This document shows, one piece after another, positions 8,805-18,408 of a stretch of 64,000 bases of DNA. Each line of letters opens with the position of its first letter. The stretch's first letter is position 1. The position numbers and the translations under genes are program-made. The notes beneath the pieces were generated by a model. The model made no database searches. It had not been told where the DNA came from and was given only the letters and a program-made list of their open reading frames with translations. The DNA is taken from the IMG/VR virus record IMGVR_UViG_3300027724_000009. The stretch is one strand, 5' to 3'. The DNA comes from an uncultured virus (IMG/VR IMGVR_UViG_3300027724_000009). Its lineage: Duplodnaviria > Heunggongvirae > Uroviricota > Caudoviricetes.

Positions 8805-9224
8805 ATGCCGATAAACTATAAAGAATATCCTGATAATTGGCTGACAGAAATAAGACCTGCAGTTCTTGCCAGGGCAGAGAATAAATGCGAGGAGTGCGGA
8901 GTAGCAAACCAAGCAATAATAAAACGTTGGCCGGACGGCAGGGTAACATATCCTAATTCAGCAGAATGGGAAATGATTAACAACAGGGTAAAGAACCACG
9001 ATTACTCTTTCACACAGGCAATCAAGAAATACGGATTTACAAGAGTGGTATTGACGATAGCACATTTAGATCACGACAAGTCAAACGAGAAAGTACCATT
9101 GGACCGGCTAAGAGCATGGTGCCAAAAGTGCCATTTAGGTTACGATATGCCAATACACGTAAACAACAGGAAGTATGGCAAGAAACACGTAGATAACAAT
9201 TACAAATTAGAATTTACCGATTAA
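8805..9224 (+). CDS. HNH-like zinc-binding nuclease
   Basis: CEECG ... LTIAHLDHD..N...LRAWCQKCH. Confidence 0.8.
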   Translation: MPINYKEYPDNWLTEIRPAVLARAENKCEECGVANQAIIKRWPDGRVTYPNSAEWEMINNRVKNHDYSFTQAIKKYGFTRVVLTIAHLDHDKSNEKVPLDRLRAWCQKCHLGYDMPIHVNNRKYGKKHVDNNYKLEFTD

Positions 9225-9439
9225 TGGACCTGTTTAACCAAGCTGAAGAAAAGAAAGATTACACGATTTTCAATAATATGACAGATTATGAGAAACGGTG
9301 CCTCATTACTACAAACTATTGGAAAGTACGAAATGGTGAACAGGAGATTGACGTTCCGGAGGAACACGAAAAGTATCATGCACTATGGAAAAATGAAAAG
9401 GCGAGAGCATTACTCCACAAGAGCAAAATAATCAGTTGA
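9224..9439 (+). CDS. Hypothetical protein
   Basis: TAATG overlap. Confidence 0.55.
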   Translation: MDLFNQAEEKKDYTIFNNMTDYEKRCLITTNYWKVRNGEQEIDVPEEHEKYHALWKNEKARALLHKSKIIS

Positions 9440-9591
9440 TTTCATTGCTTTCATTGTGCTAAAAAAGACAAGTGTTGAATATTGCACAATATAGTGGAGG
9501 AACGACAGAATTTGAATTTATAAAGAACTGAAAACTAAAACGATACCTTATACCCCAAGAGGTGAAATTCATCGGGTGAAAGACAGACAAA

Positions 9592-10641
9592 ATGGAAAGC
9601 GTAAACGATTTTAAGTTAGAAGATTTACTCTCATATAATTGGCTATTGTCGAAAGGGTACGTTATTTCTCTGCCTGAAAAGGACAACAAGTTTGCAATAG
9701 TATTCGTGGCCCGGATTCTGTACCGGCAGGTACCCAGAGGCAAAAACATGACTGCATCTAAAAATCTATCAAAGGTAATGGACGTTACCACTCGTACACT
9801 GTACAAGTATATCGATTGCGGATTTGCAATAGATAAGATTTTCAAGGATGCTACTTACCTGAAGTACACGAAAGAACGTAACGACATATTCACAAAGCCA
9901 TTTATATGCAGGATAATCGATAAGTCAACAAAGCAGGAAATAGTGGAGTTTGATGTAACGATACAAACTTTGTACGACAGTAACCTAATCGTGGATATTT
10001 CGGAGGCTGACAAAGCTGACAAGCCGAAATTGGATATGAGGAAAATAATTCAACTCCGGAATGATATACTGAATGAGGATATCGTGGAATTGAATGATAC
10101 CAACAGGGAGGACATGGAACGGTTGGCAATGCATATTTGCGAGGTATTCGGTACAGGATGCGTGACAATAACTGAAGCGTGTGACAGGTACAATGTAAAT
10201 TACCTCACATGGATTGATTGGTTGAGAAAGAATGCCTACATACGGCAGATGTACGAGGAGGCGTGTAGAGCGGCCGCACTCATTAACCACACCCGGCAGT
10301 TATCGTTGGTAGATAACAGGCTGAATGCATTACTGAATAATGGATTTGTGGAGGAAACAACATTCACGTATGACAAAGTATTCCTGCCAGGCAGGTTAGA
10401 GCCGGTATATCGGGAGAAAACAAAGGTAGTCCGTCGCAGGGATTTAGATTTATCTCAACTTGCAATGATAAAAGGTATGTTATACCGTAGTTTAATCAGT
10501 TTACCTCCGTCCGATCCCGACGACTTCAGTAATTGGAGCACAGAGGAAATATTAAATTACGTCAACAGTATGGACGATACAGAAAAAATGGATAAATTGA
10601 GTGTAATTCAGACAGAGATATTGAAAAATCCTCCTGAATAG
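9592..10641 (+). CDS. HTH protein, possible terminase small subunit
   Basis: ITEACDRYNVNYLTWIDW..YEEA and GFVEET pattern resembling TerS; second HTH near the N terminus. Confidence 0.45.
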   Translation: MESVNDFKLEDLLSYNWLLSKGYVISLPEKDNKFAIVFVARILYRQVPRGKNMTASKNLSKVMDVTTRTLYKYIDCGFAIDKIFKDATYLKYTKERNDIFTKPFICRIIDKSTKQEIVEFDVTIQTLYDSNLIVDISEADKADKPKLDMRKIIQLRNDILNEDIVELNDTNREDMERLAMHICEVFGTGCVTITEACDRYNVNYLTWIDWLRKNAYIRQMYEEACRAAALINHTRQLSLVDNRLNALLNNGFVEETTFTYDKVFLPGRLEPVYREKTKVVRRRDLDLSQLAMIKGMLYRSLISLPPSDPDDFSNWSTEEILNYVNSMDDTEKMDKLSVIQTEILKNPPE

Positions 10642-10680
10642 AGAATAAAATAAGGTTTATACAACATTATAAATAAAAAC

Positions 10681-10724
10681 TTGCATAATTGAAAAATAGT
10701 ATTAAATTTGCAGTAGCAACAACA
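10681..10724 (+). promoter_or_regulatory. Bacteroidota-type promoter with TAGCAACAAC leader
   Basis: TTGCA..TAAATTTG..TAGCAACAACA. Confidence 0.65.
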
Positions 10725-10726
10725 TA

Positions 10727-10927
10727 ATGGTAGAAATCAGTATCACCAAATTAGTAGTATTATTTTCAAAGTTGTTAGTTGCAAAGTTCATTGAAGATAG
10801 GATATTAGGAAAGAAAAAGTTTGGATGCTATACACAGTACATCATGCTAACAATTTACGTTGTATTTTGGTTGCAGGTTATTTATTTTGTAGTGTTCTTT
10901 TACATTAACTTTCTTTTTAGCTTATAG
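10727..10927 (+). CDS. Small hydrophobic protein
   Basis: Directly after promoter; C-terminal TM. Confidence 0.45.
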   Translation: MVEISITKLVVLFSKLLVAKFIEDRILGKKKFGCYTQYIMLTIYVVFWLQVIYFVVFFYINFLFSL

Positions 10928-11105
10928 GTAAAATTAATGAAGCTGACAGTATGTAGGCATCGAGGCATACTGAAAGAAACTTATCAGGTTGTGATTATTC
11001 TAACAATGCACACTACCGGTGAGATAACGAAGCCTTATAATATCCGGCAAGACCAGGTGAGTACCGACACAGGTGAAAACAGTTGCTGAATTGATTTTAC
11101 CTATA
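10923..11105 (+). ncRNA. Putative structured ncRNA of unknown class
   Basis: 16-bp closing stem TATAGGTAAAATTAAT/ATTGATTTTACCTATA with several inner hairpins; no ORF. Confidence 0.55.
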
Positions 11106-11209
11106 TTTAATACAAGTCAACAAAGACTATAAAATGGAGTTCTTTATTTTCCAATGCTTAAAATTAACCGTTTACATTCCGGCTAATTTTTCTCGACGGC
11201 ATTGGATTT

Positions 11210-11298
11210 GGTGAGGTGCGAAATTGGTAAACGAACATTGCGGAGCGATGTGGCAGTTAAAGCGTAAGTCCTTTCAGGTTCGAGTCCTGACTTCACCA
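11210..11298 (+). tRNA. Degenerate class II (long variable arm) tRNA-like gene; anticodon uncertain, possibly GGA
   Basis: Acceptor GGTGAGG/CTTCACC-A, D loop AATTGGTAA, T arm TCAGG-TTCGAGT-CCTGA; anticodon loop non-canonical. Confidence 0.6.
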
Positions 11299-11406
11299 CA
11301 AGGAATGTTGGGTTCCGTCGTGCCATTGGTAGAGTGGTATTAGTTCAGGGTTTTTATGTTTCATCGAGAGGGAATTTCTGCCTACCCTCTTTTTTAATTT
11401 ATAGAC

Positions 11407-11907
11407 ATGAAAAAAATAGTATTTCTTTTGTCCGTTATTTTCGTTATCGGTTGCAGTAAAAACGAAAACATGGTCCCGGATAATCCGGCCTCCACATTGA
11501 AAGCCAAACGTCTTGCATATCTGCAACAGAGCGTAGGTACATTTTACAGTTATGACGATACGCTCGGTTTATCCGATTCTGTGAAAGTTACACACCTGAA
11601 AGATTCTTTATTTCTTAGTGTTTACAGTTCGGAGTTCGATACATCTTTCATAATGACATTGGACACAATAGATGCAGATAGTATTGGATATTTTACCGCA
11701 TTGCCTTTCTCGTTCAACGTTCTGAAGAATGTGAGTTTTGACGACAATATTACAGGGTGCCAGGTTACGAATGGATTAAGCACGTATTATCCTGAATACA
11801 TAGTGTTCAGTTTCGTGATTGACGGAACGTATCACAGTACACTAAGTCCTGCAATGGATAATCAGCCGGTCACTGACTTTTTATTCACTCGTCAATTCAG
11901 CAGGTAA
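11407..11907 (+). CDS. Lipoprotein
   Basis: Signal MKKIVFLLSVIFVIG-C lipobox. Confidence 0.75.
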   Translation: MKKIVFLLSVIFVIGCSKNENMVPDNPASTLKAKRLAYLQQSVGTFYSYDDTLGLSDSVKVTHLKDSLFLSVYSSEFDTSFIMTLDTIDADSIGYFTALPFSFNVLKNVSFDDNITGCQVTNGLSTYYPEYIVFSFVIDGTYHSTLSPAMDNQPVTDFLFTRQFSR

Positions 11908-12377
11908 TGAGCAGAGCATATCCAATCGGTATTATGCCTCCAAATACCGAAGAAACAATCAAAAAGGAGGTGGAGATTGCCATTGAATACCATAACGGAA
12001 ACGAGGATATTTTTGTAGAGTTATGCGATAACGTGGTGCGTTCTGCAGATTATGAGGAAGTAATGAAAAATGCAACAGAGCGGAAAGCGTTTGGTTACAT
12101 GAAGTTAGGCCAACTGAAAAAGGTATTAGATACAGGTAAACTGCAGGAAACGATAGATGTAATTATTTCAGGTGACAAGCCAAAGGAATTAAGCGCTCCT
12201 GCAGGATTAGATGCACCTGAATTAAGTGTGGAGGAAATGAAACGTGCATTGGAAAATGCAATGAACAATAAAAATCAGTTCGGCCATTCTAAGAACCACA
12301 ACAAAGCATGGTTTGACAGGAAGAAAAAGAAAAGCCGGAACAAACAGGCAAAACAATCACGTAAAAAAAACCGATAA
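11907..12377 (+). CDS. Hypothetical protein with basic C terminus
   Basis: Coupled ORF. Confidence 0.6.
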   Translation: MSRAYPIGIMPPNTEETIKKEVEIAIEYHNGNEDIFVELCDNVVRSADYEEVMKNATERKAFGYMKLGQLKKVLDTGKLQETIDVIISGDKPKELSAPAGLDAPELSVEEMKRALENAMNNKNQFGHSKNHNKAWFDRKKKKSRNKQAKQSRKKNR

Positions 12378-12378
12378 T

Positions 12379-12711
12379 ATGTTATACCAACTCGAAACAA
12401 AAATAAAGTTGACATTAGAGCATGAGCCAGGGTGGACAACATCAAAACACAAAGAGTGTAAAATTCAACTGAATATACCGTCTAATTTCGACGCTAATCA
12501 GTATTTCGATAAGGAGGGTAATCTGACTGCCAACGGTGCAAAATCACAGACTATTGTAATGCTATCAGGTATCTCCGCAAATATTCATGCATCACATCAA
12601 GCCGGTGTTTGGGATAGTGCAGAGCACTTACGTTACATCATTAACGAATTGGAAAAACAATTTGTGCAGGTTGCGAACGTAGATGTAACAGAATATGGAA
12701 ATAAAGTGTAA
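12379..12711 (+). CDS. Hypothetical protein
   Basis: ORF packing. Confidence 0.6.
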   Translation: MLYQLETKIKLTLEHEPGWTTSKHKECKIQLNIPSNFDANQYFDKEGNLTANGAKSQTIVMLSGISANIHASHQAGVWDSAEHLRYIINELEKQFVQVANVDVTEYGNKV

Positions 12712-12755
12712 ATTTATATTCTAATCAATTTTAAATCCTCAAAACAGGAATTATT

Positions 12756-13151
12756 ATGAAGAAATCTTTAGTACAAATCTTGTGTTTCTTACTGTTATCA
12801 GTAACACTCACAAGTGTAAGTTTTGCACAGGATGAATCGCCCGGAAAGGTGAGTACCTATGCAACTTATCAGCCAAAAATTACGGTGCATTCCGTAGAAG
12901 TTTGTAATGAGGTTATGGAATACAGTTTCGACTGTCCCGAATCCTATTCATTCACTCCATTGCAGGAGCCGGTGGCAAAGATTTTTACCGGCAGTATGGA
13001 ACTAAGTAACGCAGATCACGCAAAAGCACAATGTAAAGCTGATAGTAAGGTCGGGTGGCAAAGATTAATTCTAAACTCCTCAATAAATAAAGTATTACTT
13101 GCCGACATAGCCAATAGTGGAACAGGAACGTCTTACCATTACCGGTGTTGA
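12756..13151 (+). CDS. Secreted protein
   Basis: Sec signal ending SFA-QD. Confidence 0.65.
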   Translation: MKKSLVQILCFLLLSVTLTSVSFAQDESPGKVSTYATYQPKITVHSVEVCNEVMEYSFDCPESYSFTPLQEPVAKIFTGSMELSNADHAKAQCKADSKVGWQRLILNSSINKVLLADIANSGTGTSYHYRC

Positions 13152-13185
13152 GTGAGCCAAAAAAAACAAAGTTAAAAACATTTAG

Positions 13186-13213
13186 AAGATGCGACGAAAG
13201 TTGCATCTTTTTT
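13186..13213 (+). terminator. Intrinsic terminator
   Basis: AAGATGCGAC-GAAA-GTTGCATCTT plus T tract. Confidence 0.8.
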
Positions 13214-13262
13214 ATTTTGTATAGTTGTATAAAATAATTATTTTTACAGAAATAAAACCAAC

Positions 13263-13937
13263 ATGGCAAAGAATAACGGCAACAACAAAAAAGAGCAAAC
13301 TCCTCCTGCAGAGCAGGAAGATTTGCAGTTAAAAAAAATGAAGATTTCAGATTTGGTGCACGATGCAAAGAATGCAAACAAAGGTACTGACAACGGTAAG
13401 GCAATGATAAAAAAATCTATTGAGAGCAATGGTTTAGGCCGTTCAATACTCATAGATAAGAACAATCAAATCATTGCAGGAAACAAGACAACATCAAATG
13501 CAGAGGAGCAGGGATATGACGACGTGGTGGTTGTAGAAACTACCGGCAATACCCTGGTTGCAGTGAAGCGTATGGATATTGACTTAGATACTCCGGAGGG
13601 CAGGGAATTGGCATTGGCTGACAACCGTACATCTGAAATGAATTTGAATTGGGATAAGGATATCCTGAAAAACGTATTCAGTCCTGAAGTATTGGAGAAA
13701 TACAGTATGTCACTCGAAAAGAAAAAAGTGGAGGTGAATACTCAACGGTACCCGATAGTTCCGAAATTCGATGAGAGTTATCATGCGATCATTATTATTG
13801 CGAAATCTGAAACACAGTTATCATTTTTAAAAACCGCATTGAGTTTAGAAACCGAGAAGTCTTACAAGAATGACAGTACAGGCACCGGTTATGTAATAGA
13901 TGCAGAAAATTTCAAAAACAAATGGGAGGCGAAATAG
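13263..13937 (+). CDS. ParB/Srx-like N-terminal domain protein of the type found in phage DNA-modification loci
   Basis: NAN..SIESNGLGRSILID.NNQIIAGN..LALADNRTSE..WD. Confidence 0.7.
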   Translation: MAKNNGNNKKEQTPPAEQEDLQLKKMKISDLVHDAKNANKGTDNGKAMIKKSIESNGLGRSILIDKNNQIIAGNKTTSNAEEQGYDDVVVVETTGNTLVAVKRMDIDLDTPEGRELALADNRTSEMNLNWDKDILKNVFSPEVLEKYSMSLEKKKVEVNTQRYPIVPKFDESYHAIIIIAKSETQLSFLKTALSLETEKSYKNDSTGTGYVIDAENFKNKWEAK

Positions 13938-14668
13938 ACATCAAAGTAGTAATACCGACTGCAGGTAGATACGATACCATTACCACACATAAGGTGGTTG
14001 ATAACTGCATACTATGTGTACCTGAAGAACAGGAAAAATTCTACCGAGTATCGTGCCCGGACACAGAAATAGTTACGCATCCTCCACTTGTTGGATTAGG
14101 AGCAAAACGTAATTGGATATACGAAAAGTTCGGCCATGTGTTTATGTTAGATGATGATTGCAAAGGAATGCGTAGAATGTACTCTGAAAATAAGGAGCAG
14201 GATAAAGTGGATAGCAAAACTGCATACGATTTAATTCAGTTCACAGGCAATATGTGCCACATGGCAGGGTTGTATGTATTCACGTTCAACAGATACGCTC
14301 AACCTAAAAACTATCATGGACATTCACCGATTAAACTGAAATGATTAGTGTACGGCCAAGCTATGGGTTGGTTGGCAGGTTCCAAGATTAAGATGCGGAA
14401 TGACATCAAATGCAATAACGATATTTATCTGTCATTGATGAATGCGTACAAGCATAGAATGATATGGCAGGACGAGCGTTTCACGTTTGACTTCTATGGA
14501 TATGGCGGCAATAAAGGTGGCCTGGCATCCGTCCGTACTGAAGAAGTGGAGAAAAATGATTTTCTTTTACTTAAAGAAATGTTTGGTGATGCAGTTGCTA
14601 CCAAAAAAGGAACGTGGGATAAGAAACCTAAAAAGCCTTATGAATTAGTAATTAAATTGCCGTATTAA
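13922..14668 (+). CDS. GT-A fold glycosyltransferase (TAGT/GREB1-like) interrupted by in-frame TGA at 14342-14344
   Basis: VVIPTAGR, GLGAKRNWI, FMLDDD, C-terminal NND and GNKGGL; ORFs 13922-14344 and 14348-14668 share a frame. Confidence 0.7.
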
Positions 14669-14671
14669 GAC

Positions 14672-15313
14672 ATGATAACACACGACTACAAACTGATTTA
14701 TATTCATATTCCTAAGTGTGCAGGACGCAGTATTACCGATATGTTTAATCAACGTTTCGACCATTGTACTGCACAATACTATCAGAATGAATATCCTCGT
14801 CAATTCAAGCAATATGACGTGTTTACGATAGTACGGAATCCGTATGACAGGTACGTTTCAATGTGGAACTACATTAAAAATCACAGACGGCACCAAAAGG
14901 AGGACATCTACAATCAGTATTTCGACGACGACCGGTATGATTTTAAGCATTGGCTACTGAAAAATATCTTTGCGTACAAAGGTGGTTATCCTGCAACAAG
15001 TGCAGAGGGTGGACGTGGATTTGACGATAAGATAGGCAGTGCATTTTGGTTCAGTTCACAGTATTCCAGGTTGAGTAATTGGAATAAGAGCCTAATTGTG
15101 CCAAATGTATTCCACTTTGAGAAAATGGATGAGGTTTATAATTTCTTATCAGAGCGTATGGAACAAGTAGCAGCAATACCACATCTTAACCAATCGAAAC
15201 GTAAAGAATGGACGTATTATTACGATGATGAAATAATCGAACACCTACATAAGTTTCAGCCATTTTTAACGGATATAGAAAAGTTAGGATATGAACTACT
15301 TAGAGAAGTATGA
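14672..15313 (+). CDS. Sulfotransferase family 2 (PAPS-dependent)
   Basis: 5'-PSB YIHIPKCAGRSI; 3'-PB FTIVRNPYDRYVS; PHLNQS; D.EKLGY. Confidence 0.88.
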   Translation: MITHDYKLIYIHIPKCAGRSITDMFNQRFDHCTAQYYQNEYPRQFKQYDVFTIVRNPYDRYVSMWNYIKNHRRHQKEDIYNQYFDDDRYDFKHWLLKNIFAYKGGYPATSAEGGRGFDDKIGSAFWFSSQYSRLSNWNKSLIVPNVFHFEKMDEVYNFLSERMEQVAAIPHLNQSKRKEWTYYYDDEIIEHLHKFQPFLTDIEKLGYELLREV

Positions 15314-16391
15314 TTACCTCATTGTAGGTTCCGGTTTATTCGGAAGTACGTTTGCAGAGCGGATGCACAGGAAAGGCAAACGAGTTCTCATTATTGAGAA
15401 ACGTAACCATATCGGAGGCAACGTATGGACGGAAGAAATGAATGGTATTCACGTCCATAAGTACGGCCCTCACATATTCCACACCAACTCCGAGGACGTA
15501 TGGACATACGTTAACCGGTTCTGCAAGTGGAGGCAGTTTCAGTATTCACCGATTGCCAATTACAACGGAGAACTGTATTCACTACCATTTAACCTCCACA
15601 CGTTCTATCAATTCTATGGTATCAAAACTCCTGCAGAACTTCAGAGTAAGATTGAGCAGATCACGTCGAAGTATCAGAAACCGAGTTATGATAACGTGGA
15701 GGATTTCGCATTAGCTATGTTGGGAGAGGACTTATACCGAAAGCTGATTTATGGATACACAAAAAAGCAATGGAATGCAGAGCCGGTAACAATATCCAAA
15801 AGCATCATTGCCCGGCTACCAATACGGCAGATGTTCGACAGTAATTATTTTAACGATTTGCACCAAGCAATACCGGTAGGTGGTTATGCTGAATTGGTAA
15901 CGAACATGACAAAGAAAATTGAAGTTATAAAAAACACCGATTTTCTTTCAGCAAAAAAAGAATTTGAAAATATTGCAGAGAAAGTGATTTACACAGGCAG
16001 TATCGATGAGTATTACGGTTACGAATTGGGTGAACTTGAATACCGTAGTTTGAGATTTGAAACGGAGCAGCTGCCAACGGAGAACTACCAGGGCGTGGCC
16101 GTTATGAATTACACAGATGAGCACACTCCATTTACGAGAGTGATAGAGCATAAACATTTTGAACGGATGCAATCTAAAAGCACCGTTATCACTAAGGAGT
16201 TTCCTGCTGAATGGAAAAAAGGTATGGAACGTTTTTATCCTGTCAATACTGAAATGAATAATGCGTTACTTCAGAAATATAAAAAAATAACAAATAAAAA
16301 TACATTATTTGGAGGTCGTTTAGGTAGTTATCAGTATTACAATATGGACCAAATTATTGCATCTGCATTAAAGCTATCAAATAGTTTATAA
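15291..16391 (+). CDS. glf: UDP-galactopyranose mutase
   Basis: GSGLFG FAD motif, HIGGN, HKYGPHIFHT, YRSLRFE, TRVIEHKHF, GRLGSYQYYNMDQ. Confidence 0.96.
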   Translation: MNYLEKYDYLIVGSGLFGSTFAERMHRKGKRVLIIEKRNHIGGNVWTEEMNGIHVHKYGPHIFHTNSEDVWTYVNRFCKWRQFQYSPIANYNGELYSLPFNLHTFYQFYGIKTPAELQSKIEQITSKYQKPSYDNVEDFALAMLGEDLYRKLIYGYTKKQWNAEPVTISKSIIARLPIRQMFDSNYFNDLHQAIPVGGYAELVTNMTKKIEVIKNTDFLSAKKEFENIAEKVIYTGSIDEYYGYELGELEYRSLRFETEQLPTENYQGVAVMNYTDEHTPFTRVIEHKHFERMQSKSTVITKEFPAEWKKGMERFYPVNTEMNNALLQKYKKITNKNTLFGGRLGSYQYYNMDQIIASALKLSNSL

Positions 16392-16420
16392 TCAAGTATT
16401 TATATTTTAATAAAATAACG

Positions 16421-16464
16421 TTTGCATATAGCCAAACTTTTGTTTAAATTTGTGGTAGCAACAA
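16421..16464 (+). promoter_or_regulatory. Promoter with TAGCAACAA leader
   Basis: TTTGCA..TAAATTTG..TAGCAACAA. Confidence 0.65.
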
Positions 16465-16479
16465 TTAAAATTTGAAACT

Positions 16480-17094
16480 ATGCACTTAACAACAGTACAA
16501 GGGTATGGGTTCTTTGAATGCAGTTCTGCATTTCAAAAATCAATACGTCGTGGCGACGAAACAAACGCACTCTACTTTGCAGTAGAACTCTTTAATTCAG
16601 GGTACGATGAGTACGTTTGGAAACGTATGAAAGTAATCACCTCTGAAGACATTGGATTAGCCGAGCCGAATGCTCCTGCTATCATTCAATCGTTATACGA
16701 AATGTATAATGATGCGAAAGCCAAAAAGCACGAAAAAATGCCTCAACGTTTGCACTATGTACACGCAATTATGTATTTGTGCAGATGCAAAAAATCACGT
16801 CTAATTGATTGGACCATGATTGCATTATGGAGAGAGCATAAATTAGAGAAACGTGAAGTTCCGGATTTTGCATTTGATATGCATAACGCAAAAGGCAAAC
16901 AGAAAGGCAGAGGTATCGACCATTTCTACAATGACGGTACGGAGTTGACAAATCACGTTCCGCAGGACGGTGAAGAAGAATGGAAACAGAAAGCATGGAA
17001 ACTCCATAAGGAGCATCCATTACCCGACCTGCCTGTAAAAAAAGAGAAAGGCAAAAAGAATGATTTATTTGATAACCAAAATTCGGAGGTATGA
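16480..17094 (+). CDS. Stand-alone MgsA/RarA C-terminal-like domain protein
   Basis: SAFQKSIRRGD..ALYF...SEDIGLAEP; no Walker A. Confidence 0.75.
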   Translation: MHLTTVQGYGFFECSSAFQKSIRRGDETNALYFAVELFNSGYDEYVWKRMKVITSEDIGLAEPNAPAIIQSLYEMYNDAKAKKHEKMPQRLHYVHAIMYLCRCKKSRLIDWTMIALWREHKLEKREVPDFAFDMHNAKGKQKGRGIDHFYNDGTELTNHVPQDGEEEWKQKAWKLHKEHPLPDLPVKKEKGKKNDLFDNQNSEV

Positions 17095-18320
17095 AAACGG
17101 TAAAAGACATCATTAAAAAAATCATTAAAGACGGTGAAGTTATAGGAGTTAATGGCCGGGTACTGACTTACATTAGTAAGGAAAATGACGGAACGTATGC
17201 AGTTGTGATGCATAATGATTTGGTGCCAAAATTGCGATCGTATGCAACAGAACAACAGTTGATTAAATGGTTCTGCAATACATCAGAAACATTACCTGTA
17301 AGAACTATCGAACAGATGATAACTGAAGTGAATGACGCAGGTATCTATTACATTAATGAGCAAGGAGTTTACATCAAATATATCAGTGAGAACAGGTGGA
17401 ATGACGGAAAGCACAGAGCGGTAGTTTGTGGCCCTGGTATAAGAGCATCAGGAAACAATGCTCCGTATAGTGATGAGCAGCTGATTAAATGGTTCGGTAC
17501 AACTAAGTGGAGGTTAGCAGGTTTACTCTGCAATGAGTTATCAGATAACCGTCACACAGTTACAGAATTTCAGGATTACATTGCACAAATAGATTATAAT
17601 GATGTAAGTCCTATTGACGATGTAAGATACGATAAAATCAAGCCATTGACAGGCAAAATAACCGAGGTTATTCAATCGGATGCTATAATACCTGCCTACA
17701 AGCCTAAAAAGGTTAAAAATGTGGTGCCAAAGCCTGAAAAACGTAAGAACTACAAAGGCACTCCAAAGGAACAGTTACCGCCTGAAGTTATCACATACCG
17801 GAAAGGATTGAGCGCTCAACAGGTTTATAAACGTCGTATTAATATCCTCGATAGATTGGATTTCGACAAAGTGAAAGCATTATTTGATGCAGTCATTGAG
17901 GCACAGGATGCATACGAATACGATTTATCAGAGGAGGGTATTATTGCCAAAAATATCAATAAGACTACAAAGGAATCGTTCTGCAGATATGGTGACGCAA
18001 ATCACATTACACGAACTATCAGAGTAAAATATCTAAATGATAAGGTAGGAGTTGCATTAGATGTTCAGGCATATTGGATGCAGGAGAATTTCAATAAAGA
18101 TATTGAGCCGGATGATTTAGCTGCATTCATTACTAATTATGAGAATGGTGCAGAAGATTATCCGCTTTATGCAAAGATTGATGAGTGTAAACAAGAATGG
18201 AAAAATTACACAGGAATTAACTATGACAGTAAGTTCATTAAACATTACATTAACCGAAAATTGAACGCTGAATTTAAAGAGTATTCTAAAGTTCCTGCAG
18301 GTGATGGTGATATATTCTAA
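17091..18320 (+). CDS. Hypothetical protein with duplicated N-terminal module
   Basis: YISKEN..EQQLIKWF repeated as YISEN..DEQLIKWF. Confidence 0.65.
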   Translation: MKTVKDIIKKIIKDGEVIGVNGRVLTYISKENDGTYAVVMHNDLVPKLRSYATEQQLIKWFCNTSETLPVRTIEQMITEVNDAGIYYINEQGVYIKYISENRWNDGKHRAVVCGPGIRASGNNAPYSDEQLIKWFGTTKWRLAGLLCNELSDNRHTVTEFQDYIAQIDYNDVSPIDDVRYDKIKPLTGKITEVIQSDAIIPAYKPKKVKNVVPKPEKRKNYKGTPKEQLPPEVITYRKGLSAQQVYKRRINILDRLDFDKVKALFDAVIEAQDAYEYDLSEEGIIAKNINKTTKESFCRYGDANHITRTIRVKYLNDKVGVALDVQAYWMQENFNKDIEPDDLAAFITNYENGAEDYPLYAKIDECKQEWKNYTGINYDSKFIKHYINRKLNAEFKEYSKVPAGDGDIF

Positions 18321-18335
18321 AAAAAAGTGAGAGAG

Positions 18336-18400
18336 TTTGCATATTTGCAAACTCTTTTGTATTTTTATCGTAGCAACAACAAATTTTTTAACCAATAAAT
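18336..18400 (+). promoter_or_regulatory. Promoter and leader TAGCAACAACAAA..AACCAATAAA
   Basis: Same architecture as the other phage promoters. Confidence 0.6.
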
Positions 18401-18408
18401 TAAAAGTC

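Noticed and set aside
10941..10980. Hammerhead ribozyme or SAM riboswitch
   Set aside because: CTGACAG does not match CUGANGA, and the SAM-I core is incomplete
11345..11395. GTTTTTATGTTTCAT before a terminator as antisense to the start of 8062
   Set aside because: Only about 10 nt of AT-rich complementarity; could be chance
14342..14400. Selenocysteine or genome-wide TGA recoding
   Set aside because: No convincing SECIS, no TCA tRNA, and TGA ends many other genes
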